The notes beneath the pieces are model-generated. The model was not told where the DNA came from. It ran no database searches and saw only the letters and a program-made list of their open reading frames with translations. Positions 1-9,195 of a stretch of DNA of 64,000 nucleotides are shown in pieces. The DNA is from Candidatus Dormiibacterota bacterium (lineage in GTDB: Bacteria > Chloroflexota > Dormibacteria > Aeolococcales > Bog-877). How positions within the stretch are numbered: the stretch's first letter is position 1; each line of letters opens with the position of its first letter. Position numbers and translations under genes: made by a program. The stretch covers positions 7,013-71,012 of the forward strand of contig JBAPNX010000007.1 of assembly GCA_049279335.1 (NCBI GenBank). The letters are read 5' to 3'.

Positions 1-237
1 CTCGCCCAGGCTCGAATGATCCACTGGCGCTCAACGTCGTCTCGTCGGGCATACTGTCGCCGCTCCGTTAGCGACATGGTCAGCCACGCGCCAGCGCGAC
101 ACGTGGTGTCGAACCGTTACGCTTTCCACCTTGCCTCGTAGGGGCGGGGATGACGAAGGCCCCGTGGCGATGACCACCGCCGGGCTTCCGAGCTCCTGAG
201 GTGCACTTAGATCGCGACGTCGCCGCAGCCTTCCGCG

Positions 238-984
238 ATGAGACCAAGTCGGGGCCGCTCCGCGCGGCGCTGGCTGGCTCGGGTCGGGCTCATGGTTGGT
301 GGTGTGGTCGCCGTGCTCCTCCTCGCGGGGCTCGGCTACGAGTTGTACCTGCCTAGCGTTAGTAACGCAGAGGCTAAGACCGACGAGATGGTCAGAGCCC
401 ACCATGGAGCCTTGAGCCGGCTGCCTCTACCGTCGAAGCTCGGCGATGCCGTGGTCGCTGTCGAGGACGAGCACTTTTATTCAAACGTGGTGATCAACGT
501 CTTCGATGGAGTTGGTCGAGCGGCGCTGGCAAGTCTGCAGTCCAAGGGGGATCCGGCCGGCAGCACAATAGATCAGCAGCTCGCCAAGCAGCTCTATGGA
601 CAGGGTACGGGAATCTCGGGGTCGCTGAGAGACCTGGCCTTGGGTGTCAAGCTCTCACTGGCTTACTCTCCCAACAGCATTCTTGAGATGTATTTGAATG
701 TGGTGTACTATGGCAACCACTTCTGGGGCGACGTGGCTGCGGCTCGAGGGTACTTCGGATTAGCACCAGATCACCTCGACTGGGCGCAGGCCGCCATGCT
801 GGCGGGACTTCCACAAGCACCATCCGCCTACGATCCCCTGCACCACTTCGCGTTGGCTAAACAGCGTCAGCTTCACGTGCTCAGTCAGCTCGTGGCGAAT
901 CACTACCTGACCCGTGTAGCAGCGCGGGCTGTATTCCGAGAACCCTTGAACCTGCGCCGCACGCCGGGTGGCACGGCGGGCTGA
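238..984 (+). CDS. Peptidoglycan transglycosylase (GT51 domain, PBP1-type / monofunctional)
   Basis: 248-aa ORF with an N-terminal TM helix and GT51 motifs 'VEDEHFY' and 'GSTIDQQLAKQLY' (ED..F..H.G / GGSTITQQ pattern). Confidence 0.75.
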   Translation: MRPSRGRSARRWLARVGLMVGGVVAVLLLAGLGYELYLPSVSNAEAKTDEMVRAHHGALSRLPLPSKLGDAVVAVEDEHFYSNVVINVFDGVGRAALASLQSKGDPAGSTIDQQLAKQLYGQGTGISGSLRDLALGVKLSLAYSPNSILEMYLNVVYYGNHFWGDVAAARGYFGLAPDHLDWAQAAMLAGLPQAPSAYDPLHHFALAKQRQLHVLSQLVANHYLTRVAARAVFREPLNLRRTPGGTAG

Positions 985-1118
985 GGCACACCTCAAGTGG
1001 GAAGTAGAGACAGGAGCCGAACCGCGCCGGCGGCTTAGGGCCGACCGACTATGAGTGCCGGGCTTGCTGCTAGAGAGGGCCGATGGCCACTCACTACGCC
1101 AGGACTACGCATTCCACC

Positions 1119-2090
1119 TCAGCCGAACAGGCCGCTGAGATTGCCGTTGGCAGGACTTGCCGCCGCTCCCAGCAGAGGTAAGCCATAGGCTTCCTCGATG
1201 GTCCGGAGGGTGCCGTAGTGGTCTCCGGTCGCTGACACGATCCCTCTTCCTACTGCGTTCTTGGAAATTATCAGCTCCGGGATCTGCCCCCCGACGGCAT
1301 CGCTGCAGCAGCTGCCAGAGGACTGGGCATCGTTCTCGTCCATGGTGACGATCACCGTGCTGCGGTATTGGGTAAACCACGCCGAAGACAGGACGGGCGC
1401 GAGGTTGGTCTGGAGCCAAGAGTTCCCGTCGGATACGGTCCCGTCGTGCATGTCGTCCATCAGGTTGGGAGTAATCCATACAAAGTCCGGGGCGCTGGCG
1501 CTATTGAGGGCAGAGATCAATCCCGAGGGACCCGGGTAGGGCAGCACATGACTGCCGCAGCTCGCGCCGAGAACGTCGGCATAGTGGACGAAGGGGTTGT
1601 GCTTCCCGGCATACTCGCCTGAGCTTGACCCGGTGTAACAAGCCGAGGGCATGGACTCCATATAGGCGATCCACGGGATTCCGCTTACGTTGAACTGGTT
1701 AGCCAGGTTGTCGACTGAGTAGGTGCCGCAGGAATCCGACTCGCAGCCCTGGGTCGACCCGGAGGTGATGGCGAGGTAATTGGGCAGGCTGGGGTGATAC
1801 ACACCGTACCAGTTGTTAGCCGAGGCGTACTCGGACGCCAGTGAGCAGATATAGGGGTCGGCCGAGCAGTCGCCCAGCGTGGCTGCGTATCCCTGGTTCT
1901 CCTCCATGATGATCATGACATGAGGCGCGCCCGAGGCAGCTGTCGGAGTGGGCACCGAGCTAAAAGCTGGAGACGGGCTCGCCGAAGGGCTGGCGGAGGG
2001 GACCCGGTGGCCAACTGCACTACAGCCCACCATCACGGCACCAGCGACGAGACTAAGGGCAAGCGCCACGCCGCTGGGACGGGTCAGCAC
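1119..2090 (-). CDS. Phosphoesterase family protein (acid phosphatase / non-haemolytic phospholipase C family), lipoprotein
   Basis: 323 aa; lipobox 'MVGCSA'; motifs 'IIMEENQ', 'HPSLPNY', 'NLMDDMHDG' typical of the PF04185 phosphoesterase family. Confidence 0.7.
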   Translation of the reverse strand: MLTRPSGVALALSLVAGAVMVGCSAVGHRVPSASPSASPSPAFSSVPTPTAASGAPHVMIIMEENQGYAATLGDCSADPYICSLASEYASANNWYGVYHPSLPNYLAITSGSTQGCESDSCGTYSVDNLANQFNVSGIPWIAYMESMPSACYTGSSSGEYAGKHNPFVHYADVLGASCGSHVLPYPGPSGLISALNSASAPDFVWITPNLMDDMHDGTVSDGNSWLQTNLAPVLSSAWFTQYRSTVIVTMDENDAQSSGSCCSDAVGGQIPELIISKNAVGRGIVSATGDHYGTLRTIEEAYGLPLLGAAASPANGNLSGLFG

Positions 2091-2340
2091 TGGCGAATTA
2101 TGGTCCAGGCGCAGTTCACCTGACCGAGGCGCTGCACCGGCTACTCGTCTGGGGTTGGGGAAGCGGGAGCGCTAAGACGCAGACGCGCTAGCCTTGTGGC
2201 TGTCACCGTGGCGACCTACGCAAGCCCCGGCGCGGAATTCTAAACTGATGGCTACATGGGACGTGGGTGCCAGTCCCGACGGATTTCCTTTGGGACCGGC
2301 CAAACGCTACCTCGGCTGATCTAGCGGTCATCGCGCCCAG

Positions 2341-2570
2341 ATGCACCCCATTTCGGAGCGGTCGGCCTCCCGCGACCGCCCAGGTTTGACAGCCTAAGTG
2401 ACGGCCTGGCGAGCGGACGACTGGCTCATGGGATGGACGCGACTGGACGGCGATCGGGCAAATCGATCTCACACTGAACGTCTGCGGGCGTGGCTGGACG
2501 ACCTCCCCTAAACTTGCAAACGGCTGGGGCCGCAAGGCTCCTCGGGGTTCGAATCCCCGTCCCTCCGCCA
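2341..2570 (+). ncRNA. tmRNA-like structured RNA (partial or divergent ssrA) ending in tRNA-like T-arm + acceptor + CCA
   Basis: 3' end 'CTCGGGGTTCGAATCCCCGTCCCTCCGCCA' is a canonical T-stem/T-loop (GGTTCGAATCC) plus 7-nt acceptor strand, discriminator and CCA. Upstream there is a short reading frame ending '...GLTA*' followed by 'TAAGTGACGGCCTGG', which resembles the post-tag region of actinobacterial tmRNA as I recall it ('TAAGCGACGGCTAG'), plus a downstream 'GCGACTGG..GATCGG' block. No 5' acceptor partner (GGRGGGR) was found. Confidence 0.4.
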
Positions 2571-2976
2571 TCTTGTGGGGTATAGCGTTGGTGGTGGAAG
2601 TAGCACACTCGGATCGTCCTTCCGCGCCTGGCGACTACGTGGACGTGAGGTGTGCAGCTCGCCCGACCTCTATCGTCAGGTGTTCTTGGTCCCACCACTT
2701 CACGCCGGTGCTACCCGCCAGCCTGACGCGGCAACAAGTGAACCCGCTCGGAGCGACGCAGATGGCTCTCGGAGCCCCATAGTGGGCCCGTGCCGCCACT
2801 ACCTCCTGAATGGCGGGACTCCACATCGCTGCCCCAGTGCTTAGCCTGGACCGCAATGGCGTGATCGGTCCCTCCATCAACCACAACGTCCGCGCCGAAG
2901 TCCTCGCTACGCGGCGTGGTCTCGACCCGTTCGTGACCCAGGGCGAGACAGAATCCCGCCAGGTGGAGGCAGCCTC

Positions 2977-3948
2977 ATGAGAGCAGTAGTCTTCGACAAA
3001 TACGGGCCTCCGGAGGTTCTGCGCCTCGAGGAGGTCGAGCCGCCTGTGCCGAGGGATGACGAGGTGCTGGTCAGGATCCACGCCGCGACGGTCAGCCGCA
3101 CGGATACCGGGCTTCGCGGCGCCGACTTGTTCATCTCACGCCTTGTCACGGGTCTCCTCCAGCCCAGGCGCAGGATCCTGGGCAGCGACTTGGCCGGGGA
3201 AGTCGAGGCGGTCGGCGCAACAGTGACCGAATTCGAGGTCGGTGACCACGTATTCGGCCTCAATCCCTGGAAGTTCGGCACCCATGCTGAGTTCGTCTGC
3301 ATGCGGGCGAGCGCGGCACTGGGGCTCATGCCGTCCGATATGAGCTTCGATGAGGCGGCAGCGATCTGCGACGGGGCGATCCTGGCGCTGAATGCCCTAA
3401 GGCCGGCAGAACTTCGACAGGGGCAGAGGATCCTCGTGTATGGCGCCTCCGGATCCATCGGCACCGCTGGGGTCCAGCTGGCCCGAGCCTTCGGCGCCGA
3501 CGTCACCGCGGTGTGCAACACGAAGAACTTCGAGCTTGTGAGATCGCTGGGAGCCGACGAGGTCATCGACTTCACGCAGGAAGACTTCACCAGGAATGGC
3601 CGAACGTACGACGTCATATTCGACTCAGTCGGCCACCAATCGTTCAAGCGGTGTCGGGCCTCACTGAAGCCAGGCGGGTTTTACGTTGCCACCGACCACA
3701 TGTACAACCTGGTGCTCGCCTTGTGGACCGCGCGGATCGGAGACAAGCGAGTGGTGTTCCCCCTACCGCCGCGCTTTACGAAGGAGGACGTCGCGTTCCT
3801 CAAGGAGCTAATCGAGGCGGGGAAATACCGAGCCGTCATCGATCGGCGATACCCGTTGGAGCAGGTGGTTGAGGCAACCCGCTACGTCGAAACGAAGCAG
3901 AAGATCGGAAACGTCGTTCTGACTGTCAGCCACGACAATGCGACCTGA
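2977..3948 (+). CDS. NADPH:quinone oxidoreductase / zinc-type alcohol dehydrogenase (MDR superfamily)
   Basis: 323 aa; 'MRAVVFDKYGPPEVLRLEEVEPPVP' N-terminus, Rossmann 'VYGASGSIGTAGVQLA', typical zeta-crystallin-like architecture; RBS-like GGAGG upstream. Confidence 0.85.
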   Translation: MRAVVFDKYGPPEVLRLEEVEPPVPRDDEVLVRIHAATVSRTDTGLRGADLFISRLVTGLLQPRRRILGSDLAGEVEAVGATVTEFEVGDHVFGLNPWKFGTHAEFVCMRASAALGLMPSDMSFDEAAAICDGAILALNALRPAELRQGQRILVYGASGSIGTAGVQLARAFGADVTAVCNTKNFELVRSLGADEVIDFTQEDFTRNGRTYDVIFDSVGHQSFKRCRASLKPGGFYVATDHMYNLVLALWTARIGDKRVVFPLPPRFTKEDVAFLKELIEAGKYRAVIDRRYPLEQVVEATRYVETKQKIGNVVLTVSHDNAT

Positions 3949-3989
3949 CGGCCTTCCCTTCTCGCTCTGGTGGATGACTCCGAGCGTGT

Positions 3990-4145
3990 AGCTCGCGGAT
4001 TTTACGGCCTAAGCGACGGCCTAGCGAACGGACGGGTAGCTGAGGCAGGGACCCCACTGGACGTCGATCGGGCCCCGTCGATCTCAATTTGCATGTCGCT
4101 GGAAGGGTCTGGACGACTTCCCCTGAACTTAAAAACCAGGTCCAC
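3990..4145 (+). repeat. Second copy of the tmRNA-like ~150-nt element (copy B)
   Basis: Shares with 2385-2530: '...TTTTACGGCCTAAGCGACGGCCTAGCGAACGGACG...CCACTGGACGTCGATCGGGCCCCGTCGATCTCA...CTGGACGACTTCCCCTGAACTTAAAAAC' (blockwise ~70-80% identity, same order). Confidence 0.4.
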
Positions 4146-4793
4146 TCACGTGCATATGTCCGGGATGCTCTGCTTTGTCACCCTGCCAGCTCGGATCACG
4201 GAGTCGTCCAGGGCTCGACGCTACTCGCCGCCGCGTAGTGGCGCCTCAGCACATAGCGCCCGGGTTTTAGGTCGAACTGGTGGCTCTGGTGGGCGGCGAC
4301 GGACTCAGACGCGACCAGTTCCCTGGGAAACAGAAACGAGACGCCTGCGCCCGGATTAGGGATCGACTTCACTGTTCCCCGCAGCACAGTAGCCGCCCCG
4401 GCGACGAAGCCCTAGCCTTTCGCTACTGGGAGGCCTGAGCAATCATCGATACCTCCCACAACCACTCCTCGCCGGTCGGGACATTGGCTGGGATCGAAAG
4501 GGTCTCGCGTGCCTGGCAGCCGACCAACGCCAACACTGGGCCAGCTAGAAGGACAGCGCGCCACCATCCGCTACCGGCTGAGCGCCACGCCATTGAGCGC
4601 CGGATGCCTTGCCGAGTCCGATATACCGTCTAAAAGTATGCTGCTAGCCAGCCGGGAGGTTACGCTCACAGTTCCGGTTCCGCGGTTGTGAAAACGGGCG
4701 GAGCGACGAGCCGTGCTGACCTGGTCGGCAGTCAGCCAGACCAGGCTGAAGAATTCGTGCGTGTCCCGAAGGATTCCCTTTGGGGCCACTCCC

Positions 4794-5138
4794 TCAGCCG
4801 AAGAGCTGCACACTTTGAATCAGTCCGTCCGCGACTCGGTACGCCGCGGCTGCATGCACCTCGGTTGGCATACCGGGCAGGCCGAAACCGGTGATGAACT
4901 CCTCGTCGAGGACAAACGGACCCACCTCGATCCGAGCACGGATCTCGGCATGCAACTTAGGGCTCTGCCCGAATAGCTCGCCATAGCGAGCGCGGATCTC
5001 AGTCTGTCCATCGGCTAGCAAGCTTCCGTCCGGCTGAGAAATCCGGGCGTCGGCAGAGTAGCAGGCGACGAATGCGTCGAGAAGGCACAGATTGTAGGCA
5101 GCGATCTGTCGGTCGACCAGCTCAGTCGCTTGGCTCAT
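4794..5138 (-). CDS. NTF2-like / SnoaL-like small protein
   Basis: 114 aa, no TM; size and composition of ketosteroid-isomerase-like fold proteins; flanked by ~35-bp direct repeats. Confidence 0.45.
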   Translation of the reverse strand: MSQATELVDRQIAAYNLCLLDAFVACYSADARISQPDGSLLADGQTEIRARYGELFGQSPKLHAEIRARIEVGPFVLDEEFITGFGLPGMPTEVHAAAAYRVADGLIQSVQLFG

Positions 5139-5331
5139 TTGTACTCCCGTAGGCCCAGGAAACCGACGCGTCAGCTAGGCGTCAGACCGCTCCGCATAGT
5201 ACAGCGGCTCCTGAAGGAGCGGACTTGTCGGCGGTTTTGAAAACCCGCGGAGCGGGGCTTGTGCGTGGCGAACCGGGTCGGGGTGGGCGGGAGCAGCTAG
5301 GGCCGGCCCACCTCATTCACTCCTCTGCTAC

Positions 5332-6738
5332 TCAGCCTTCGACTCCGGGCTGGGTGCTCCGTTCCCACGCCTGCGCTCCCATCTGGATGGCATCCCAAGG
5401 GCTTCCAAGCGGCGGGGCATATGAGAGGTCAAGGTCGCTGATGGCATCGACCGTCATGGAGTGGAAGATCGCCGTGGCGGCGATGTCGATCCGTTTGGCG
5501 ACCTCAGCGTTGCGGTTTCCAAAGAGCTGGACTCCTAACAGTCGTCCGGTACGCCGATCCCCGGTGTAGCGCATCGAGATCGGATGACTCCCTGGGTAGT
5601 ACGCCTTGTGGTCGTTGGCCTCGGACTCCACGGTGACCGGATCGTAACCAGCCGCCGTTGCCTCGTGGTCACGAAGTCCAGTGCGGGCGGCTGCTGTCTC
5701 AAAGACTTTTACCACCTGGGTTCCAAGACTGCCCTGAAATTCTCGCGTTCCCCCCAGCGCGTTCTCCCCGGCAACCCGCCCCTGCTTATGGGCGGTAGTC
5801 CCTAGCGGGAGATACGACTCTCCCAGGAGGCGGTGGTAGGTGACGACACAATCTCCGGCCGCGAACACACCCTCAAGATTGGTTCGCATCTGCCTATCAA
5901 CCGAGATTGCCCCTCGAACGCTGAGGTCAGCACCTGCTGACTTCGCCAAATCCGTCTCCGGACGGACGCCCACGACCACGAGGATCAGGTCGGCAAACTG
6001 GGTAATAGGTTCCCCGTCAGCGAGTTCCGCGGTTACTTCGAGTCGAGCTGCAGCACCGGGGGCCGCAACAGAGATGAGTCGCACCGTGGTTCCCGTCAAC
6101 ACCTGGACTCCGTGATCAACCAGCTCAGCACGAATGAGTCGGCCAAGCTCTGGGTCAACGGTGGGGAGGACTTCTGGGAGTTGCTCGATCTGGGTCACGG
6201 ACAGGCCACGGGCAACTAGAGCCTCTGCCATCTCGAGGCCGATGTAGCCGGCTCCAACGACGATGGCGTTCGCCGGTGAAGTCTTCTCTAAAGTCGCCAT
6301 GACGGCAAAGGTGTCGCCCATGGAATGAAGCAGATGGACGCCTTGATCGACGCCCAGCGCATCGGGTCCGACCAATCCAGCGATCGGCGGCTGGACAGGG
6401 ACCGCGCCCGTTCCCACGACTATCGAGTCATATTCGAGCAGGTCATTTTCTCCGTAGCGATTGGTAACGAGTAGCCGCCGCTCGCCGACATCAATTCGTC
6501 GTGCCGTGGTATCTAGCCGAAGCGTCATTCCTGTCGCTTCTAGCTCCCCCACCGTTCGGTGCGCCAAGTTGTGCCAGTCGGTGACCTCGCCGGAGACGTA
6601 GTAGGGAATGCCGCAGATCGAAAAGTTTGGATAACCGTCTGCGACCACTACCGTGACGTCGGCCCGGGGATCGAGTTCTAGGGCTCGAAGTGCCGCGCTG
6701 ATCCCGGCATCACTACCGCCGACCGTAATGAGACGCAT
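5332..6738 (-). CDS. FAD-dependent pyridine nucleotide-disulfide oxidoreductase (CoA-disulfide reductase / NADH oxidase family), last gene of the ars operon
   Basis: 468 aa; N-terminal 'ITVGGSDAG' FAD fold, redox Cys in 'NFSICGIPYY', second Rossmann 'VVGAGYIGLEMAE', C-terminal dimerisation domain. Confidence 0.8.
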   Translation of the reverse strand: MRLITVGGSDAGISAALRALELDPRADVTVVVADGYPNFSICGIPYYVSGEVTDWHNLAHRTVGELEATGMTLRLDTTARRIDVGERRLLVTNRYGENDLLEYDSIVVGTGAVPVQPPIAGLVGPDALGVDQGVHLLHSMGDTFAVMATLEKTSPANAIVVGAGYIGLEMAEALVARGLSVTQIEQLPEVLPTVDPELGRLIRAELVDHGVQVLTGTTVRLISVAAPGAAARLEVTAELADGEPITQFADLILVVVGVRPETDLAKSAGADLSVRGAISVDRQMRTNLEGVFAAGDCVVTYHRLLGESYLPLGTTAHKQGRVAGENALGGTREFQGSLGTQVVKVFETAAARTGLRDHEATAAGYDPVTVESEANDHKAYYPGSHPISMRYTGDRRTGRLLGVQLFGNRNAEVAKRIDIAATAIFHSMTVDAISDLDLSYAPPLGSPWDAIQMGAQAWERSTQPGVEG

Positions 6739-6803
6739 CGGTCACTCCTCTTTGCGCTGGCATCGGTGTCAAGCTCCGGCCATGGACGAGGATGTCGCCT
6801 TTG

Positions 6804-7430
6804 TTAGCCGCCAACTGCAAGCTCAGCGGCCAGAGACTTCACCCGCTCGTCGATCTCGTCGCGGATACGGCGTACCGTCGGGAGTGACTTGCCCTGTGGG
6901 TCTTCAAGCTCCCAGTCGAGGTAACGCTTACCGGGGTAGAGGGGACAGGCGTCCCCACAACCCATGGTGACGACGACATCAGCGGCGCGGATCACCTCTT
7001 CCGTGAGCGGCTTGGGGAAGTGCTTGGAGATGTCCAAACCTATCTCGCTCATTGCCTCGACTACGGCGGGATTTAGAGTCGAAGCCGGCTCGGAACCGGC
7101 TGAGAGAACGTGGACACTGCCTCGAGCGTGATGATCGAGGAGAGCAGCTGCCATCTGCGAACGACCGGCGTTGTGGACGCAGACGAACAGGACCTCGGGT
7201 ACCTTGGACTCGATCCGTCCCTCAACGAGGGCGGTGGCACGTAGCCGGTCACGGGCGAAGCGCTCAGCGAAAGTTGGCAGGAAGTTGGGAACGGAGGCTG
7301 TCTCGGCCAGCTCCTGGTAGCACTCCAGCACACACGCCTCAACCGTCTGTGGGCTGAAGACGCCGGCGAACTCAGAGACGAGGGTGTTGGTCTCTGACTG
7401 GAGTCGCTGCTGCACGTTGAAAATGCTCAT
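6804..7430 (-). CDS. arsC: Arsenate reductase, LMW-PTP type, with an N-terminal ~70-aa extension
   Basis: LMW phosphatase P-loop 'CVHNAGRSQMA' (CX5R) plus downstream Cys in 'MGCGDACP'; start ATG 7430 overlaps the stop of the upstream aquaporin gene (ATGA). Confidence 0.75.
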   Translation of the reverse strand: MSIFNVQQRLQSETNTLVSEFAGVFSPQTVEACVLECYQELAETASVPNFLPTFAERFARDRLRATALVEGRIESKVPEVLFVCVHNAGRSQMAAALLDHHARGSVHVLSAGSEPASTLNPAVVEAMSEIGLDISKHFPKPLTEEVIRAADVVVTMGCGDACPLYPGKRYLDWELEDPQGKSLPTVRRIRDEIDERVKSLAAELAVGG

Positions 7431-8179
7431 GAGGCTGTCTCCTCTGATATGGATCCGTGGGGCACGACAACGACCTCGGCGATCTCGCGAGCATCGGGAT
7501 GAAGGTAACGGATGGCTACCCAAGCGATAGCCGCGCCGCATAGCTCAGCGGCGATGAACGGGACCACCGACGCTGGGCTGATCCCCGAGAACGTATTGGA
7601 GAGAGTGCGGGCCAAGGTCACTGCAGGGTTGGCAAAGCTGGTCGACGAGGTGAAGAAGTACGCCCCAGTAATGTAGGCGCCGACCGCGAATGGAACGACG
7701 GTGCTCCTGCCACTCCGCGTTATACCGAAGATGACCAGAAGCAGCCCGAACGTGGCCACGACCTCGCCAAGCCAGAGACCAGGGCCCGATCGGAGATGGA
7801 CCGAAAGACTGACCGGGGCGAGAGAAAACATAAGGTTGGCTACGATGACGCCAACGACGGCGCCGCCGATCTGGGCGGTGATGTAGGCGAGGAGCTCGCG
7901 CCGACCTAGGCCACCGAGAGCGGCGTCGACAAGCGAGACCGCTGGATTGAGGTGGGCGCCGGAGACCGGGCCTAGCGCGAGGATGATCACGGCCAGGGCA
8001 CAGCCGGTGGCCACGGCGTTCTCGAAAAGTTCGAGCCCGGCGTCGCCAGGACTCAGCCGCTGTGCGGCGATGCCCGAGCCTATCACCGCCAATAGCAGCA
8101 GGGCGGTGCCAAGAGTCTCGGCCACCGCCTTGCGCAGCAACGACGGCGCCCTCAGGTGGTGGTCGACTGGCATCGGCAA
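7427..8179 (-). CDS. Aquaporin / aquaglyceroporin (MIP family), probable arsenite channel
   Basis: 250 aa; six TM segments; two NPA boxes 'HLNPAVS' and 'FANPAVT'. Confidence 0.85.
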   Translation of the reverse strand: MPMPVDHHLRAPSLLRKAVAETLGTALLLLAVIGSGIAAQRLSPGDAGLELFENAVATGCALAVIILALGPVSGAHLNPAVSLVDAALGGLGRRELLAYITAQIGGAVVGVIVANLMFSLAPVSLSVHLRSGPGLWLGEVVATFGLLLVIFGITRSGRSTVVPFAVGAYITGAYFFTSSTSFANPAVTLARTLSNTFSGISPASVVPFIAAELCGAAIAWVAIRYLHPDAREIAEVVVVPHGSISEETAS

Positions 8180-9063
8180 CCAACCCCCGCAGTGGCCTGA
8201 AGGCCGCAGCAGTCGCTCTTAGAAGAGGAGTCGCAGCAGATTGATTGGGCGGAAGTGTCACAGCAGGACGGATTTGGTTTGCGGGCTCGGACGATGGCCG
8301 AGCCCGCATGCCTGTGCACGCGGTGGGTCTCTGTGATCTCGGTGTCGGTGAGACCGGCATCCTCGAGCGCCTGCTCGAACTCTCGGCGGGTCAGCGCTCC
8401 AGCAACGCAACCCGTGAATGCCTCCACATCTCTCCGCGTGGCTTCGTCCATGTCGTCGTCGGCGATCACGTCGGAAACCGCGAAGCGCCCGCCTGGCCGT
8501 AGAACACGCGCGGCTTCCCGCAGTACCCGGGGTTTGTCAGTTGACAGGTTGATGACGCAATTGGAGATCACCACGTCGACGGACTCCGCCGGGAGCGGAA
8601 TGTCCTCTATCCGGCCACGCAACCAATGCACATTGGCGAGGCCAGCTTTCCGCTGGTTCTCCACTGCAAGGGTGAGCATCTCGTCGGTCATATCGAGACC
8701 GTAGACCCGACCCGTCGGACCAACCCGTCGGGCTGAGAGGAGCACATCGATGCCACCGCCCGAGCCGAGATCTAGTACCGTCTCCCCGTCATGCAGCTCA
8801 GCCATCGCGGTCGGGTTGCCGCACCCCAGGGATGCGAGCCGCGCGGTTTCAGGCAGCTCATCACGCTGCTGCGCGGAGTAAAGGCTGGCACCGAACAGGT
8901 CGCTGGCGTCGCCCTCAGGCAGGGTGCCGCAGCATCCCGATTCGGCTGCGGGGATGGCACAGCCGCTTGCGGCGGTGGCGCTCACCTCGCGGGCGGCGAT
9001 GGCGTAGCGCTCGCGGACGGCATCGCGGAGCCGATCGGAGTCGGTCGGTTGATCTTGGGACAT
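8152..9063 (-). CDS. arsM: Arsenite S-adenosylmethionine methyltransferase
   Basis: SAM motif 'VLDLGSGGGIDV'; conserved arsenic-binding cysteines ('SGCAIP', 'GCCG'); Cys-rich C-terminal tail; divergent from arsR. Confidence 0.85.
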   Translation of the reverse strand: MSQDQPTDSDRLRDAVRERYAIAAREVSATAASGCAIPAAESGCCGTLPEGDASDLFGASLYSAQQRDELPETARLASLGCGNPTAMAELHDGETVLDLGSGGGIDVLLSARRVGPTGRVYGLDMTDEMLTLAVENQRKAGLANVHWLRGRIEDIPLPAESVDVVISNCVINLSTDKPRVLREAARVLRPGGRFAVSDVIADDDMDEATRRDVEAFTGCVAGALTRREFEQALEDAGLTDTEITETHRVHRHAGSAIVRARKPNPSCCDTSAQSICCDSSSKSDCCGLQATAGVGCRCQSTTT

Positions 9064-9137
9064 CGTCACCTGCAACTGCATCCGCTGGTGCAGGTTCCGC
9101 AAGGACAATCACAGGACATTCGCCAGAGGCTCCTATA

Positions 9138-9195
9138 TTGACTAAGATCGATGTATGATGAGGAGATGGTACTCGGTAGATCGACCTATGTCAAT
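9138..9195. promoter_or_regulatory. Imperfect palindrome ATTGACtaaGATCGA..N..TCGAcctatGTCAAT in the arsR/arsM divergent promoter (candidate ArsR operator)
   Basis: Inverted repeat arms at 9138-9152 and 9181-9195, located between the divergent arsM and arsR genes. Confidence 0.3.

Noticed and set aside
2495-2570. Complete tRNA gene ending at the CCA at 2570
   Set aside because: T-arm and 3' acceptor strand are perfect, but no complementary 5' acceptor strand, D-arm or anticodon arm can be fitted in the preceding ~80 nt. It is treated as the 3' end of a tmRNA-like element or att remnant.
7545-8360. 271-aa ORF on the minus strand overlapping the aquaporin and arsM region
   Set aside because: Arg/Pro/Ala-rich low-complexity translation typical of an alternative frame in high-GC DNA; overlaps two well-supported genes.
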